Shown here: one piece after another, positions 52,255 to 64,000 of the stretch | Layout: every line of letters begins with the position of its first letter | How positions within the stretch are numbered: the first letter of the stretch is position 1 | NCBI GenBank assembly: GCA_964016885.1 | Contig: OZ024742.1 | Coordinates: 193,440,001-193,504,000, forward strand | Length of the DNA: 64,000 nucleotides | Direction of reading: 5' to 3' | Origin: Eledone cirrhosa | Lineage: Eukaryota | Notes under the pieces: generated by a model | Told to the model about the DNA's origin: nothing | Seen by the model: the letters and a program-made list of their open reading frames with translations, nothing else | Databases searched by the model: none | Program-made: the position numbers and the translations under genes

Positions 52255-55200
52255 CAGTTCGCATTTATCTTGCTTTATGTTCATACGAGTTATCACCAAG
52301 TCACAACCAGTGACCTCAAAAGACAACAAGGACCGCCATGTTCAAGAAAGAAAATACATATTCACACATGCATATTTAGTGTTTAGACTTGTGATGTACT
52401 TATATTTACAGAATCTTCCTTAGTATATGGGCAGTTCCCATTAGTACTATCTTTTGTATTTCTCCTATACGCGGGTTTCCTGGGATTTGCAATATGTAAT
52501 CATTAGACCCCTTAGGTATCATTCCCAGAGAGCCTACAACCACTGGTATTGTTTTACTTCTCAATATCCACATGTTTCCAATTTCTATCTCCAGGTCCTT
52601 ATACTTGCTCAATTTTTCAAATGTTTTTATAGATACATTCTTGTCTATTGGAACAGACATATCAATTAGCAGGCATACCCTCTTTTGAAAGTCTTTCAAT
52701 ATTATATCAGGTCTGTTTGCATCTATTTTTCGGTCTGTTTGGATGCTAAAGTTCCACAAGATTGAGATGTGATCTTTTTCAAGTATGGGAGGTGGTTGAT
52801 GTTCCCACCAATTCTTTTGATGGGGCAGGTCAAAATGCTTACACATTATCCAATGTATGTATTGTGCAGCTCTGTCATGCCTGTTTAGGTATTCAGTTGG
52901 AGCTATAGGACTGCACATTGAAATTATATGGTCAATGATCTCTGGTTGTTTTTTGCATACACGGCATAATGGGCTGCACCCACTTTTTATTATATTGGCT
53001 TGGTAATTTTTTGTTGGCAGACACTGATCTTGTGCCGATATAATCAGTCCTTCAGTCTCCGATTTCAGTCCAGAGGATGCCAACCACTGATGCGTTAAAG
53101 TTTTGTCAACATCAGGATTGTTAGCTCGCTCTGGGTATTTTCCATACAGAGGCTTTTCTTGCCATTTCTTAGCCAGTTTCTGTAGCAGTTCTTTCTTTGC
53201 AGTTACTTTTACCTGCTTTGCTTTTTCTGTGTTTTCCATTTCATCAGTAAATGGGACTTCTGAAATTTGTAGTCCATTACTGTATCTTTGTGCATCTTTT
53301 GTAATGGAATATGATCTTTTGATGCTTTCGTGTTTCAAAACGAGTTTGATCATCCAATCATGTGATTCCCTTAGATATGTAGATAATCCAATTGTTGCAG
53401 TTTTCAACGCAATGTCTAACTGGATTAACCCACGTCCTCCTTCTTTCCTAGGGAGATATATTCTATCTATATCTGTTTTAGGGTGATGCATTCTGTGCAT
53501 GGTTAAGAATTTTCGAATTTTTGTATCGAGCCTACGGATCTCTGTGCTTGACCAGTTGATGACATTGTAACTGTAGATTACTACTGGTATGGCAAGCTTG
53601 TTTATGGCATCGATCCTATTCCTTGCATTCAATTCCGTTTTTAAGATTGCTCTCACTCTGCGGTAACATTCCTTCCTTATCCTTTTCCTCAATGTCGAGT
53701 GCTTGATTCCGCCTCCTTCACAAACACCTAGATATTTGTAAGTTTTTTCTTGATCAAGTTCTCTTATCACGTTCCCCCGATCAAGATTAATGTCTGAACT
53801 CTTCAGGAACTTTCCTCTGGTGAACGTTGCTTTGGCGCATTTATCTAGTCCAAACTCCATTTTAATGTCATCACTGAACTGCTTCACAGTGGATAGTAGC
53901 CCTTGCAATTGTTCATCATTTTTTGCAAATAGTTTCAGGTCATCCATGTAGAACAGGTGATTAATAGTTTTGTCATAGACTTTATATCCATGTTTTGTTT
54001 CATTGAGCATTTTACTTAATGGTCTAAGTGCGATGCAGAATAAAAGCGGTGATAAAGAGTCACCCTGAAAAATTCCACACATAATATTAACTTCTCCAGC
54101 TTCCAGTGATTTTGTTTCACTATTCAAAATGAGTGTCGTTTTCCATGTCTTCATACTGAATGACAAAAACCTCCTGACAACGGGGGATACTTTGAAAATC
54201 TCTAAACATTTTTTAATCCAACTGTGTGGCAAACTATCAAATGCTTTTTTATAATCTATCCAAGCAATCGATAGATTTTTGTGTCTATTATGACAATCTT
54301 CCAGTATCATTTTGTTAACCAGAAGCTGATCCTTACAGCCATATGAGCCTCGTTTACACCCTTTCTGCTCAATGGGAAATAAGTCATTTGTTATCAGGTG
54401 GTCATATGTGTATTCAGTTAGGACTGATGTTAAAATTTTATACATTGTGGTCAAGCAAGTTATCGGTCTGTAATTTTTGGGATTGTTTGTCTCATCATTC
54501 TTCGGAAGCAGGAATGTAATGCCGTTAACTAGCCATGAAGGTATCTTTTCTGGCTCCTTAACTATTTCATTGTAAAGTTGGGCTAACAGCTCATGAGACG
54601 CTGTGAAGGCATTTATCCAAAAGTTTTGTATTTTGTCTTTTCCTGGGGATTTCCATTTGCTGGTTTTTCTTAGAGCCAAGCGCAACTGTTCAACTGTTAT
54701 ATTTTCCCTTGTTTGTTCCTCAAGGTGAGCTGTATCTTTCATTTGTCTGTCTATCCATGGGGCATGTTATGAACTTTTTCTTCGGCCCAGATCTTTTCCC
54801 AGAATTCTTGCACTTCCTCCTTGGGTGGTATTGATTTAGCAGTTATTGTTGACTTACCAATTTTTCTGTAGAAGTTTCTTTGGATTTTTTTGAACATATT
54901 ATTGTCCTTATAGAATCTAGATCGTTTTTCAAAGCGCCTTATACGAGCAGCTTTGGCCGACACTTTTTGCTTGATTATTTCTATCAGCATGTCTATGTCA
55001 CATGTTGATTTTAAAACTGTACTTTTTTTTCAATTTTCTAAGTTTAGTTTGTTTAACATGTTCACCTACTTTATAGTTTGTTAAAATTTCTATGTCAGAT
55101 CGGAGAAGGTTTATTTGGCGATTAATGTTCTCTTGCCAAGTAGATTTCTTGTGGGAATTCCTTCGTTTTTTCATCTTCACTCCACATAAGTGAGTGGTGA

Positions 55201-57060
55201 CTTTAGCCGATGCATAATAGAGATGATTTAAATCAGTAATCTTTAGTTTGTTTGTGATGATAATGTTTTTGAGAATTATGTTAGTCTTGTGTATTATCTT
55301 TTGGTTCTGTTTGGAGTTCTGGATCTTAGGGAGGGTGTCTCGTTGCCCCATGTCAGATTCTTTCATTTTCATCCATTCGATCATAATTTCATCCTTCAAG
55401 TTGGCAAGTTCATTCTCATTCATTTCTTTATCATTTACGATCTCATTATTTTCATTTGGAGTTTCATCCTGAGCATGCACTGCCTCCACTTTTTCGATCC
55501 TTTCTTTAATTTTTCCTGTCGCCAGTGATTCCGCCCCAACCCTGGGATTCGAAGTGTTACAGTTTACCTCGTTTTCACTGACACATGTTTCATTTTCCCT
55601 TCGCTGACTTTGTGCTAATAGCTTGATCTGATCAATTTCTATATCAGTTAGTAACTTTTTTCTTACAATATTTCTTCGTATATTGGCTAGTTTGTTGCTG
55701 TCAATATAGCCTCTGTTTTCGGGATGTTTCTTTTTCCAGTTGATATATGTCTGTTCTGTATTCGATGTATTTGATGGGTAGTACATGGCAGTGTAGAAAG
55801 GCTCAGGACTTCTTTATTATCTTCCCTTGACCATTTTTCTCTCTTTTTCTTTGGATTTCTTGGTGGTGAGCATGGAGGGCCAACAGTAGGAGTATTCCGG
55901 TTATGGGAGGTCTCCAGCTCCGAAGTGATGGGAAGGTTTGAACCATTAGCTGATTTTTCGACCCCAGTCTGGTTCCTCTCTGAGGGACGCGGCCCTTTTT
56001 TACCCGGGTGACGACCGATCCGGTATGAGATTTTATCATTAGACATTTACTTTATTTTGTCGCGTTTTATCCTTATCCGCCAAGGGGTAATCATTTCGTG
56101 TTACCACTTCTAGAACGAGTGTCAACCAAGACTAGAGGGGTCGTTTTCCCCTAGAGACACGGCTACTCCCCGCCGGCCGCCATCCCGGTATTTCTTGGTC
56201 GCGGGGTTTTCTTTTTGTTGTTTTGTTTTTAAATTGTTATTATCATGAGTGGTTCCTTAATGTGAGCATTGCGTGGCTTAAGAATGAAATTATTAATAAT
56301 TGTCTCCACTCCAGGCACAAGGCCAGCAATCACCCAGTGCATTACAATAATATAATATACTTTTCGTTGTGGTTGGCTGTTATTGTTGTTGTCTATGTCG
56401 TCGGTGGTGCCGGGTTTTTTATATTGTTGGTGAGGAAGGGGTGAGCCAGCAGTCCCATAATTGTTGATGTGGCCAGGTCACTAAGTCAATCTATTTATAT
56501 CTTTTGCTAGCCTCTCCCTTGTCTAGTGATACCGCCACCTTCCCCTTTCTCTCTCAAGTTAACAGGGGAATAGTGGTGGTAGCATTGAAGGAGTGGTGGC
56601 GGCGGGGAGATGTGGGAGACAGTAGCGACGGTATCGATACTGAGACAGTGGTGGTGGTGATGTCGATACCGAGGCAGTGGTGATCTTATTACTGTAGCGA
56701 TGGTGTTGTAGCGGTGGCAGCAATGAAGGAGTGGTGGTAATGATGGCAGTAGTGAGTGGTTGTGGTGAAATTGCCGTTATCTGGCTGTTGTGTTTAGTGT
56801 ACACAGAGAGGTGATGGGGTAGGTGTTGTATCTAGTTTCTGGTGTTGTATGGCTGTTCTATATAGCGTAGACAGAGGAGGGGGGGGGTTCTTCTTCCATT
56901 TATAGCCATTTTCTTTTTTGAATATACAATGTACAATACAAAGTTGAATATTTGAATATTTGAGCCTTATAACAATATATTTTGGGTCCGAATTTTTTTG
57001 GGGCTCAAGCCGGATGCTTTACGTAGCATTTGTACTAAGAGTTGTTATTTCACAAATGAT
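52255..57060 (-). mobile_element. R4/Dong-type retrotransposon, copy 2 (frameshifted)
   Basis: Collinear with copy 1; (TAA)n tail at ~52233-52254; 5' end approximate. Confidence 0.9.
52406..56046 (-). pseudogene. R4/Dong ORF copy 2, broken into four pieces
   Basis: ORFs 55687-56046, 54998-55786, 54751-54990 and 52406-54742 tile the copy-1 protein; frameshifts near 55800, 55010 and 54765. Confidence 0.9.
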
Positions 57061-57150
57061 TTAAATATGTTAAAAATTCAAAACTTACGGGAGCGATTTC
57101 ATGACCTTCTACCACCTCGTGCGTCTTCTTCCCTTATTATTATTATTATT

Positions 57151-57219
57151 GGGGTCGATAAAATAAAGTACCAGTAATGCACTGGGATAATTGCTGGCCT
57201 TGTGCCTAAAGTAGAAACA

Positions 57220-57255
<36 letters not shown>

Positions 57256-57439
57256 CAAGGTGGATTGGCAGTATCGGTAGAGGGTTTGACGCCATGCTTT
57301 CCAGCATAGTTACGTCCCTTTACGATCTGAGTTCAAATCCCGCCGAGGTTGACTTTGCCTTTCATCCTTACGGGGTCGATAAAATAAAGTACCAGTAATG
57401 CACTGGGTAATTGCTGGCCTTGTGCCTAAAGTAGAAACA

Positions 57440-57470
<31 letters not shown>
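57151..57470 (+). mobile_element. SINE 3' half (57151-57220) plus near-full SINE (57258-57440), each with a (TTA)n tail
   Basis: Family consensus match; box B GAGTTCAAATCCC. Confidence 0.88.
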
Positions 57471-58145
57471 TCTTCTCCTTCGTCGTCGTCGTCGTCGTCG
57501 TCGTCGTCTTCTTCTTCTTCTTCTTCTTCTTCTTCTTCTTTTTCGTTTTCTTCTTCTTCTTCTTCTCCTTCTTCTTCGTTTTCTTCTTCTTCCTCTTCTT
57601 CGTTTTCTTCTTCTTCTTCTTCTTCTTCTTCTTCTTCTTCTTCTTCTTCTTCTTCTTCTTCTTCTTCTTCTTCTTCTTCTTCTTCTTCGCCCACTTATAC
57701 ATGCAACATTCCTGTCAGAAGCAGCCGTCTCCAACTGAACCAACTGGATCCCCAAACGAGATCAGCCAAGCTCATGGATGTAATCCAACCATTCTTGCTC
57801 GGTGTCTATCCCACGGTCTCCCACCGATTACTTTTGGCCGTAAAATCTGTCCAGCATATTCGTTCTTGAGACATTCTAACCACATACCCATAGTATCTGA
57901 GTTGTGATCTCTTAATTCGGAGAAGTCGCAGCTCTAACTGGAGTGACTCTCTGATCTCCGAGCTACGCACTTTATCTCTAGTAATGTTACTCAAAAGACT
58001 CTTCGCAAGAATCTCATTTTGGACGCTTTTATTCGGGATCATAATTTTTTCATTTATTACCCAAAATTCATGACCATAAGGAAGGGTTTAACAGTGTAAA
58101 TTGCTTTTTCTCAGTGTTTTTCCGGTAGCTGCGTACTTGCCGTTA
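57471..58145 (-). mobile_element. RTE-clade LINE 3' end with long (GAA)n tail
   Basis: DKVRSSEIRESLQLELRLLRIKRSQLRYYGYVVRM and LPYGHEFW; (TTC/GTC)n at 57471-57688 abuts the 3' end. Confidence 0.75.
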
Positions 58146-58809
58146 TTCTATCCATTTAAGTGATCCATGCAGTCTTAGAGAGATTCCACAGGTTATGGAC
58201 AGAAATCCATTAAAGATCAATAAATTTGCATTCGATTTTATCCATCCTTTTGTAAAAGTAAAGAACAAATTATTAGTGTAGAACATGTTTCGTGATGATC
58301 TTAAAAAGGAATTTATGAAATGCTGTATAAAGCCCATTTGGGTCCACAAGATGAAGAGAAGGGGATCTGAAATTGAAAAAACCAAATCACTTAGGGAAAC
58401 AAAAGTATTAATCATGATGCGTACTAGTACATCCAATATATGGATTTTGCAAAGTGTAAACGTTAAGATGCATTTTTAATCCCGTTAAGGCATAGGACAT
58501 TATTCGTTTATACAAAACGAAGCAGTTTTATGTTGCATATTCAATCTATATCTTCGCAAATACCTCGTGTTCGAAGTTAATATTTGTTGTTTCATCAGCA
58601 AAAAAATAAAGATTCGGCTTTAACATGCAGAAGCAAAATTAAAGTTATCAGAAAGAAATTATAATGTTGTGGCATATTTAGCAATTTAACTAATTGCATT
58701 ATAGAATGATATCTAACTAATGTTAAATAAAACAGGAAATTACATGGCAATATATATATGTATGTGTGTGTGTGTATATTTGTGTGTATGTTTGTGTGTA
58801 TGTATGTAA

Positions 58810-58874
<65 letters not shown>

Positions 58875-58876
<2 letters not shown>

Positions 58877-59110
58877 GTAATGATACATTTGAAGACTAAA
58901 ATCCAAAGAGGGCTCGATAAGGATAAATATATATCAAATACATAAGAACCGTAGAGCAAATATTTATAAAAATAAGAGATTAAATTTAAGCAAAGAATCG
59001 CTGCTTTCACCCTTAACGGGATCTTCTGAAACTCGTTCTGAAGATCCCGTTAAGGGTGAAAGCAGCGATTCTTTGCTTAAACGTTAATCTGTTATTTTAA
59101 TAAATTTATA

Positions 59111-59115
<5 letters not shown>
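58875..59115. mobile_element. Head-to-head inverted pair of pLTR ends of the 21712-23985 PLE family
   Basis: 58875-59026 is the reverse complement of ~23828-23985; 59040-59105 is the same sequence on +; perfect 42-bp arms; (TA)n on both flanks. Confidence 0.85.
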
Positions 59116-59185
<70 letters not shown>

Positions 59186-59192
59186 GATGTAC

Positions 59193-59254
<62 letters not shown>

Positions 59255-60475
59255 TTGTGTGTACATATATATGTATACATATGTATATCTATATATGTAT
59301 ATTTATATATATGTGTGTGTATGTATGTATGTGTTTGTGTGTGTGTGTGTATGTCGGTGTATGTGTTTTTGTATGCATGTAGGTGTGTTACCTGAAGTAT
59401 TAGCAACATTCTTACAGTGAGGCATGATTCTATATGGTAGATATCTCATTTGTTATGGACTGAGTCTTTATGTTTTCTCATAAAAAATCATGTTCATTAG
59501 AGACAAAGCCCGAGGGAAGTTTTATGTCTTTCAATAAATTGCAAACACTACATCATACATGATATAATGATTTCCTGTGTTGGAGTTAGGCCAGTAATAT
59601 TCATATAATTACGATTTTCTTATTTATAAAATGCCCAGAATAACACACAAAGGTTGCTATTCTATGTTTGCAATATACACTGGAGTAAGAAAATGGCAGA
59701 CTCTGGAGATGTAAGAGGGCGTTTTGATATTTAATATATGAAATATTTGAAAATTCTTAACCCTGGAATGAGAAAGTTTTTGTAATATTTCTATCCGACT
59801 CTGCAGAAAAAGCTTTATGAGCGTTAACAAAGTTGCCTGCATAAGGATTTCGCTTTCTAATTGTGTTGATATCGTACTGCACAATTTCTCTATTGACCCG
59901 GACGATTGGCAAATTATCTCTACGTTGGTGCTTGGAATTCTGTCAGAATGATGCATGCCTTTAGACACACCAATCAATCATTTTAGTCAAAGAATATGAA
60001 CTCCCTTTAATCACACCAGGCTGGCTAAACATATATCCAGACATAAAACATACATATGTCTGTTTCTAGACAAAGCCTCCATCAGATCATATTTTCAGAA
60101 ACAAGACAGAAATAAATTCACGTACATATTCGAACTTGACGTTTCTATTGCATTGTTGAAATACTTCATTTAAATTGACGGAGCCGAATATATCAAAGAT
60201 ATATATTTAGTTAGAAACTCAAAATAGTCTCTTACAATAAAATAGCTCTCGGAAAGAGATTTTTCCGAGCCGTATATTATAATTGAATATAAAATATATA
60301 CCTTAGATATATTCGGCTCCGTTAATTTGTTGAGCTAATGTCGAATAAACCTGGCTGCTATTTTTATTGGTGTGAGTTTGTGAGACACGCTAAGTTCAGA
60401 TACCATTTGCGTTATTATATATATGCACACTATTCAGCTTTTAATATACTTAGAAGTGTTCAGGATGCTAATTCT

Positions 60476-60554
60476 TCACCCACTGATGAGCAAGAAATGA
60501 TATTCCTCTTCACAATTAAATTGCAAAACAGCATTCCCAAAGTTGTCTGGGTGA
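60476..60554 (+). ncRNA. Type I hammerhead ribozyme (GAAA mutated to AAAA)
   Basis: UCACCCA-CUGAUGA-GCAA..UUGC-AAAAC-AGC-auucccaaa-GUU-GUC-UGGGUGA. Confidence 0.8.
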
Positions 60555-60991
60555 TTGGTAGTTACCACAATTCTGGTTTGTATTTATTTTCTTGATCTAT
60601 TGTTAAATTGAGTCTGGCAAACTCTATTGTCTATAGTTAGTATTCTTTTCACCTTAGCTAATCTGGTCACTTACGATTTGAACACATATATGTATATATC
60701 TGTCTTCATTTTTCTTTTATATTCAATTATAATATACGGCTCGGAAAAATCTCTTTCCTAGAGTTATTTTACTGTAAGAGACTATTTTGAGTTTCTAACT
60801 CAATATACACCTTCGATATATTCGGCTCCGTTAATTTGTTGAGCTAATTCAAATGTCGAATAAACCTGGCTGCTATTTTTAGTGGTGTGAGTTTGTGAGA
60901 CCAGCTAAGCTCAGATGCCATATGAGTTATTATATATACGCACACTATTCAGTTTTTTAATATACTTAGAACTGTCCAGGATACTAATTAT

Positions 60992-61071
60992 TCACCCATT
61001 GATGAGCAAGAAATGGTATTCTTCTTCACAATTAAATTTGCGAAACAGCATTCCCAAAGCTGATTGGGTGA
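60992..61071 (+). ncRNA. Type I hammerhead ribozyme, second copy (C3U, cleavage triplet GAU)
   Basis: UCACCCA-UUGAUGA-GCAA..UUGC-GAAAC-AGC-auucccaaa-GCU-GAU-UGGGUGA. Confidence 0.78.
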
Positions 61072-61245
61072 TTGGTAGTTACCACAATTCCGGTTTGTAT
61101 TTATTTTCTTGATTTATTGTTAAATTGAGTCTGGCAAACTCTATTGTCTATAGTTAGTATTTTTTTCACCTTAGCGAATCTGGTCCCTTACGATTTGAGC
61201 GCATATGTGTTGATTTTTCTGTTATATATATATATGTATATATAT

Positions 61246-61785
61246 AGTTTAAATATTAGACAGGAAAAAAAACATAGAGGCAGTACAAATGGTACTTTAT
61301 TAGGTTCAGGCTTTTGAGATTAGGGGTGGGGTGGGTGACGACGTCGTTTCGGGCATAAGTTCTTCATCAGGAGAAAAGTGGGTAGGAAGAGATTTCCAAG
61401 GGTGTGTGGAGGAGTGGTGGAAATACATTTTAAAAAAAAGGAGGGGAGAGAAAAGGGAGGAAAAAACGAATTGTTTAGAAGTACAAATAAATCTAAAAAT
61501 AAACATAAAAATAAACAAGTGGTGGAAGGGTGTGATGCGTGTAGGGGTGGTGACGGGTGCAGTTGGGAGAGGGAGGCGGAGGGTCCGAGCGGGGAGGACT
61601 GAAGGTGGTATTTGTATATGTGTGTAGGTGTACGTGTGTGGGTGTGTGTGGATGGAGAGGGGTCAGAGGGGGGGATTCCGGAGGCTGAGTGTGTGTATGT
61701 GGGGATACGAATGTTTGTGTTTGTGTTTATACGTGGTGTGGATGTAGGTGGCGTGGTTCGAAAAAAATGTGAGTGTTTGTTCGTA
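61246..61785 (-). mobile_element. 3' end/pLTR of the same PLE family as 3270-5995
   Basis: Collinear similarity to 3270-3900 (AGAGGCAGTAC, GTTTCGGGCA..TTC.TCAGG.GAAAAGTG, GGATTCCGGAGGCTGAGTGTGT); HHR-like core at 61336-61372. Confidence 0.82.
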
Positions 61786-61787
61786 TA

Positions 61788-62192
61788 CTAGCCGAATTAC
61801 CTGCGCCTTGCTGCGTTTAACGCATTTCAATATTACTCAATTTAAAATGTAATGCATGAAAATTGAAAAACATTATTTTTTGTAATATATCAAATCAAAA
61901 TTCCATTGTTAAATCTTATTCTTATTTTCTTTCTTGTAAATAATTTTTTTCAAAATATCAATTCAAGACTTATGTGAATAGGCATCATATCTTGTCATTT
62001 ACCTATGGTTTAAATTTCATATAAATCGAAGGGAACAAATTTTAAGCGGGGTTTTGTGCCCCCGGAGAACCCTTTGATTAAAATGAAATATACTTAACCT
62101 GGTCAATGTAGTTTCCGAATATATATGGGAATGGGGGTCTACCTCCAAAACCATAGGAGGAGTTCGTGAACAAATCAACAGACAGAAATACA

Positions 62193-62200
<8 letters not shown>
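61788..62200 (-). mobile_element. Probable non-autonomous Helitron
   Basis: Minus strand starts in TATATAAAGTTGTATTTCTGTCTGT and ends CGCAGCAAGGCGCAGGTAATTCGGCTAG|T. Confidence 0.5.
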
Positions 62201-62271
<71 letters not shown>

Positions 62272-62282
<11 letters not shown>

Positions 62283-62410
62283 TAATAAATGTGAAGACTA
62301 AAATCCAAAGAGGGCTAGATAAGGATACATATATATCAAATATATATATAAAATATATATCAAATATATAAGAACCCTAGAGCGATTCTTTGTTGAAACT
62401 TTAATATTTT
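62272..62410 (-). mobile_element. Short pLTR 3'-end fragment of the 21712-23985 PLE family
   Basis: GAAGACTAAAATCCAAAGAGGGCT.GATAAGGATA matches 58891-58925; adjacent to (TA)n. Confidence 0.75.
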
Positions 62411-63597
62411 ATTATAATAAATATATATATATATTCAAAATCTTGTATATATATATATATATATTCAATGTGCTTGCTGAAGGCTTGTACATCAAACTCC
62501 CTAATTCTGCAGTCCTTGTCTTAAGGATGAATACACTTGAAAACCGCCGTTCGATTATTCAAAGAAATTATTTATTTTGAAGCAAAATGTATTTTTACTA
62601 TCGGATATGGACCTAAAACAGATAGATGCCTTAATTGGCATCTTTATCTGTTGGAACGTGCAAAATGAAATTCGACCATGATTTTTTCATTGATCGTTCG
62701 GAAGAATATTTTATTTCAATGAGCTTCCTAATTTCTGAATATATTACGTTATTAATTGGAAATTGCTTCTCTGTTTTACGAGTCTAGTTTTATTTTCAGA
62801 AACATTATAACAGAATACATTATCCAATGTATCCACGTTCTTGTTGATATTTGATAGAAATTTGACGTAAGAAGTCTAGCATCACAAGTAATCCCCTTAA
62901 CATCTCCACCCACTCGCTGGAAATATATATGCCATTTCATTTCTAACTTTAACAGAACAATAAAGATATATTTTGACACTTGTATCGATTAATCTTAAAA
63001 ATTTAAACTTGAATGTTGTTCTTAATTCTCTCCTCGGAAATAGCTGTTTTGCATAGCAAATATTTAGATGTCCTATAGTGTGCAATAATAGTTTTCATAC
63101 AAACGTTGCTAGCTGTCGTCTGGTAATGGGGTAATGGCCAATGTATAACAATATTAGTAACGATAGAAGAAAGATATAAACTATAGAAATGATGTATATA
63201 AAGACATTATTTCATTTATAATAGGCACTTCATTGTAAATTACATGATTATAGACAACATCCTCCGATAGGAATTGATTTAAATACAATACCCTGAAATA
63301 AAAACAAATCTATAATCTAATAACATAATGAATTCTTAACAAATGTGTCCACATATTCACTGCAATACAGTTAAATGAGATGGACAACAGAAATTTACTT
63401 TGTCTATCATATATATATATATACAGTGCAAGAGTAAGCCAATCTTAAAGTGAGAGATGGAGATAGGAGAGGAGAGATTGGTGAATTAGTATTATTATTA
63501 TTCCTTACATTCCTTACCTTAAACTACAACTATGTTGACACTCTTTAAATAATGAATTCCTTGTGAAATTTGTGGTCTTGTTTTGCTTAACTAATGA

Positions 63598-64000
<403 letters not shown>

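Larger units (their letters stand above)
60173..61205 (+). repeat. Inverted-plus-tandem repeat (period 516 bp) carrying hammerhead ribozymes
   Basis: ~60300-60685 is repeated at ~60806-61200; ~60173-60292 is the reverse complement of ~60717-60838. Confidence 0.88.

Noticed and set aside
59657-59977. 106-aa ORF as a possible host exon
   Set aside because: No recognisable domain or supporting exon structure; cannot be supported without homology or RNA data.

Overview
Eukaryotic, AT-rich, repeat-saturated region with no recognisable host gene. The SINE family, the (TA)n density and the repeat mix suggest a mollusc, probably a cephalopod such as Octopus (inference). Positions 1-25 kb and 58.8-62.4 kb hold decayed Penelope-like elements (PLEs, RT + GIY-YIG; Neptune-like and Nematis-like), fold-back repeats next to (TA)n tracts, several hammerhead-ribozyme (HHR) motifs, tRNA-derived SINEs, RTE fragments and two probable non-autonomous Helitrons. 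Positions 34.85-57.7 kb form a ~23-kb retroelement array strung on (TTC)n/(TTA)n microsatellites: two near-identical full-length L1/Tx1-type LINEs (+; the first has intact ORF1 and ORF2), two R4/Dong-type RLE LINEs (-) tail-to-tail with them, then SINEs and an RTE 3' end. Top observations: (1) a 53-nt GT-AG intron-like spacer whose removal would fuse Tx1 ORF1 to ORF2 in frame, with the same phase in an older diverged copy; (2) a 516-bp tandem repeat carrying full type I HHRs (retrozyme/pLTR-like); (3) the microsatellite-linked array itself. Clade names come from motif recognition, not database searches, and ends of decayed elements are approximate.
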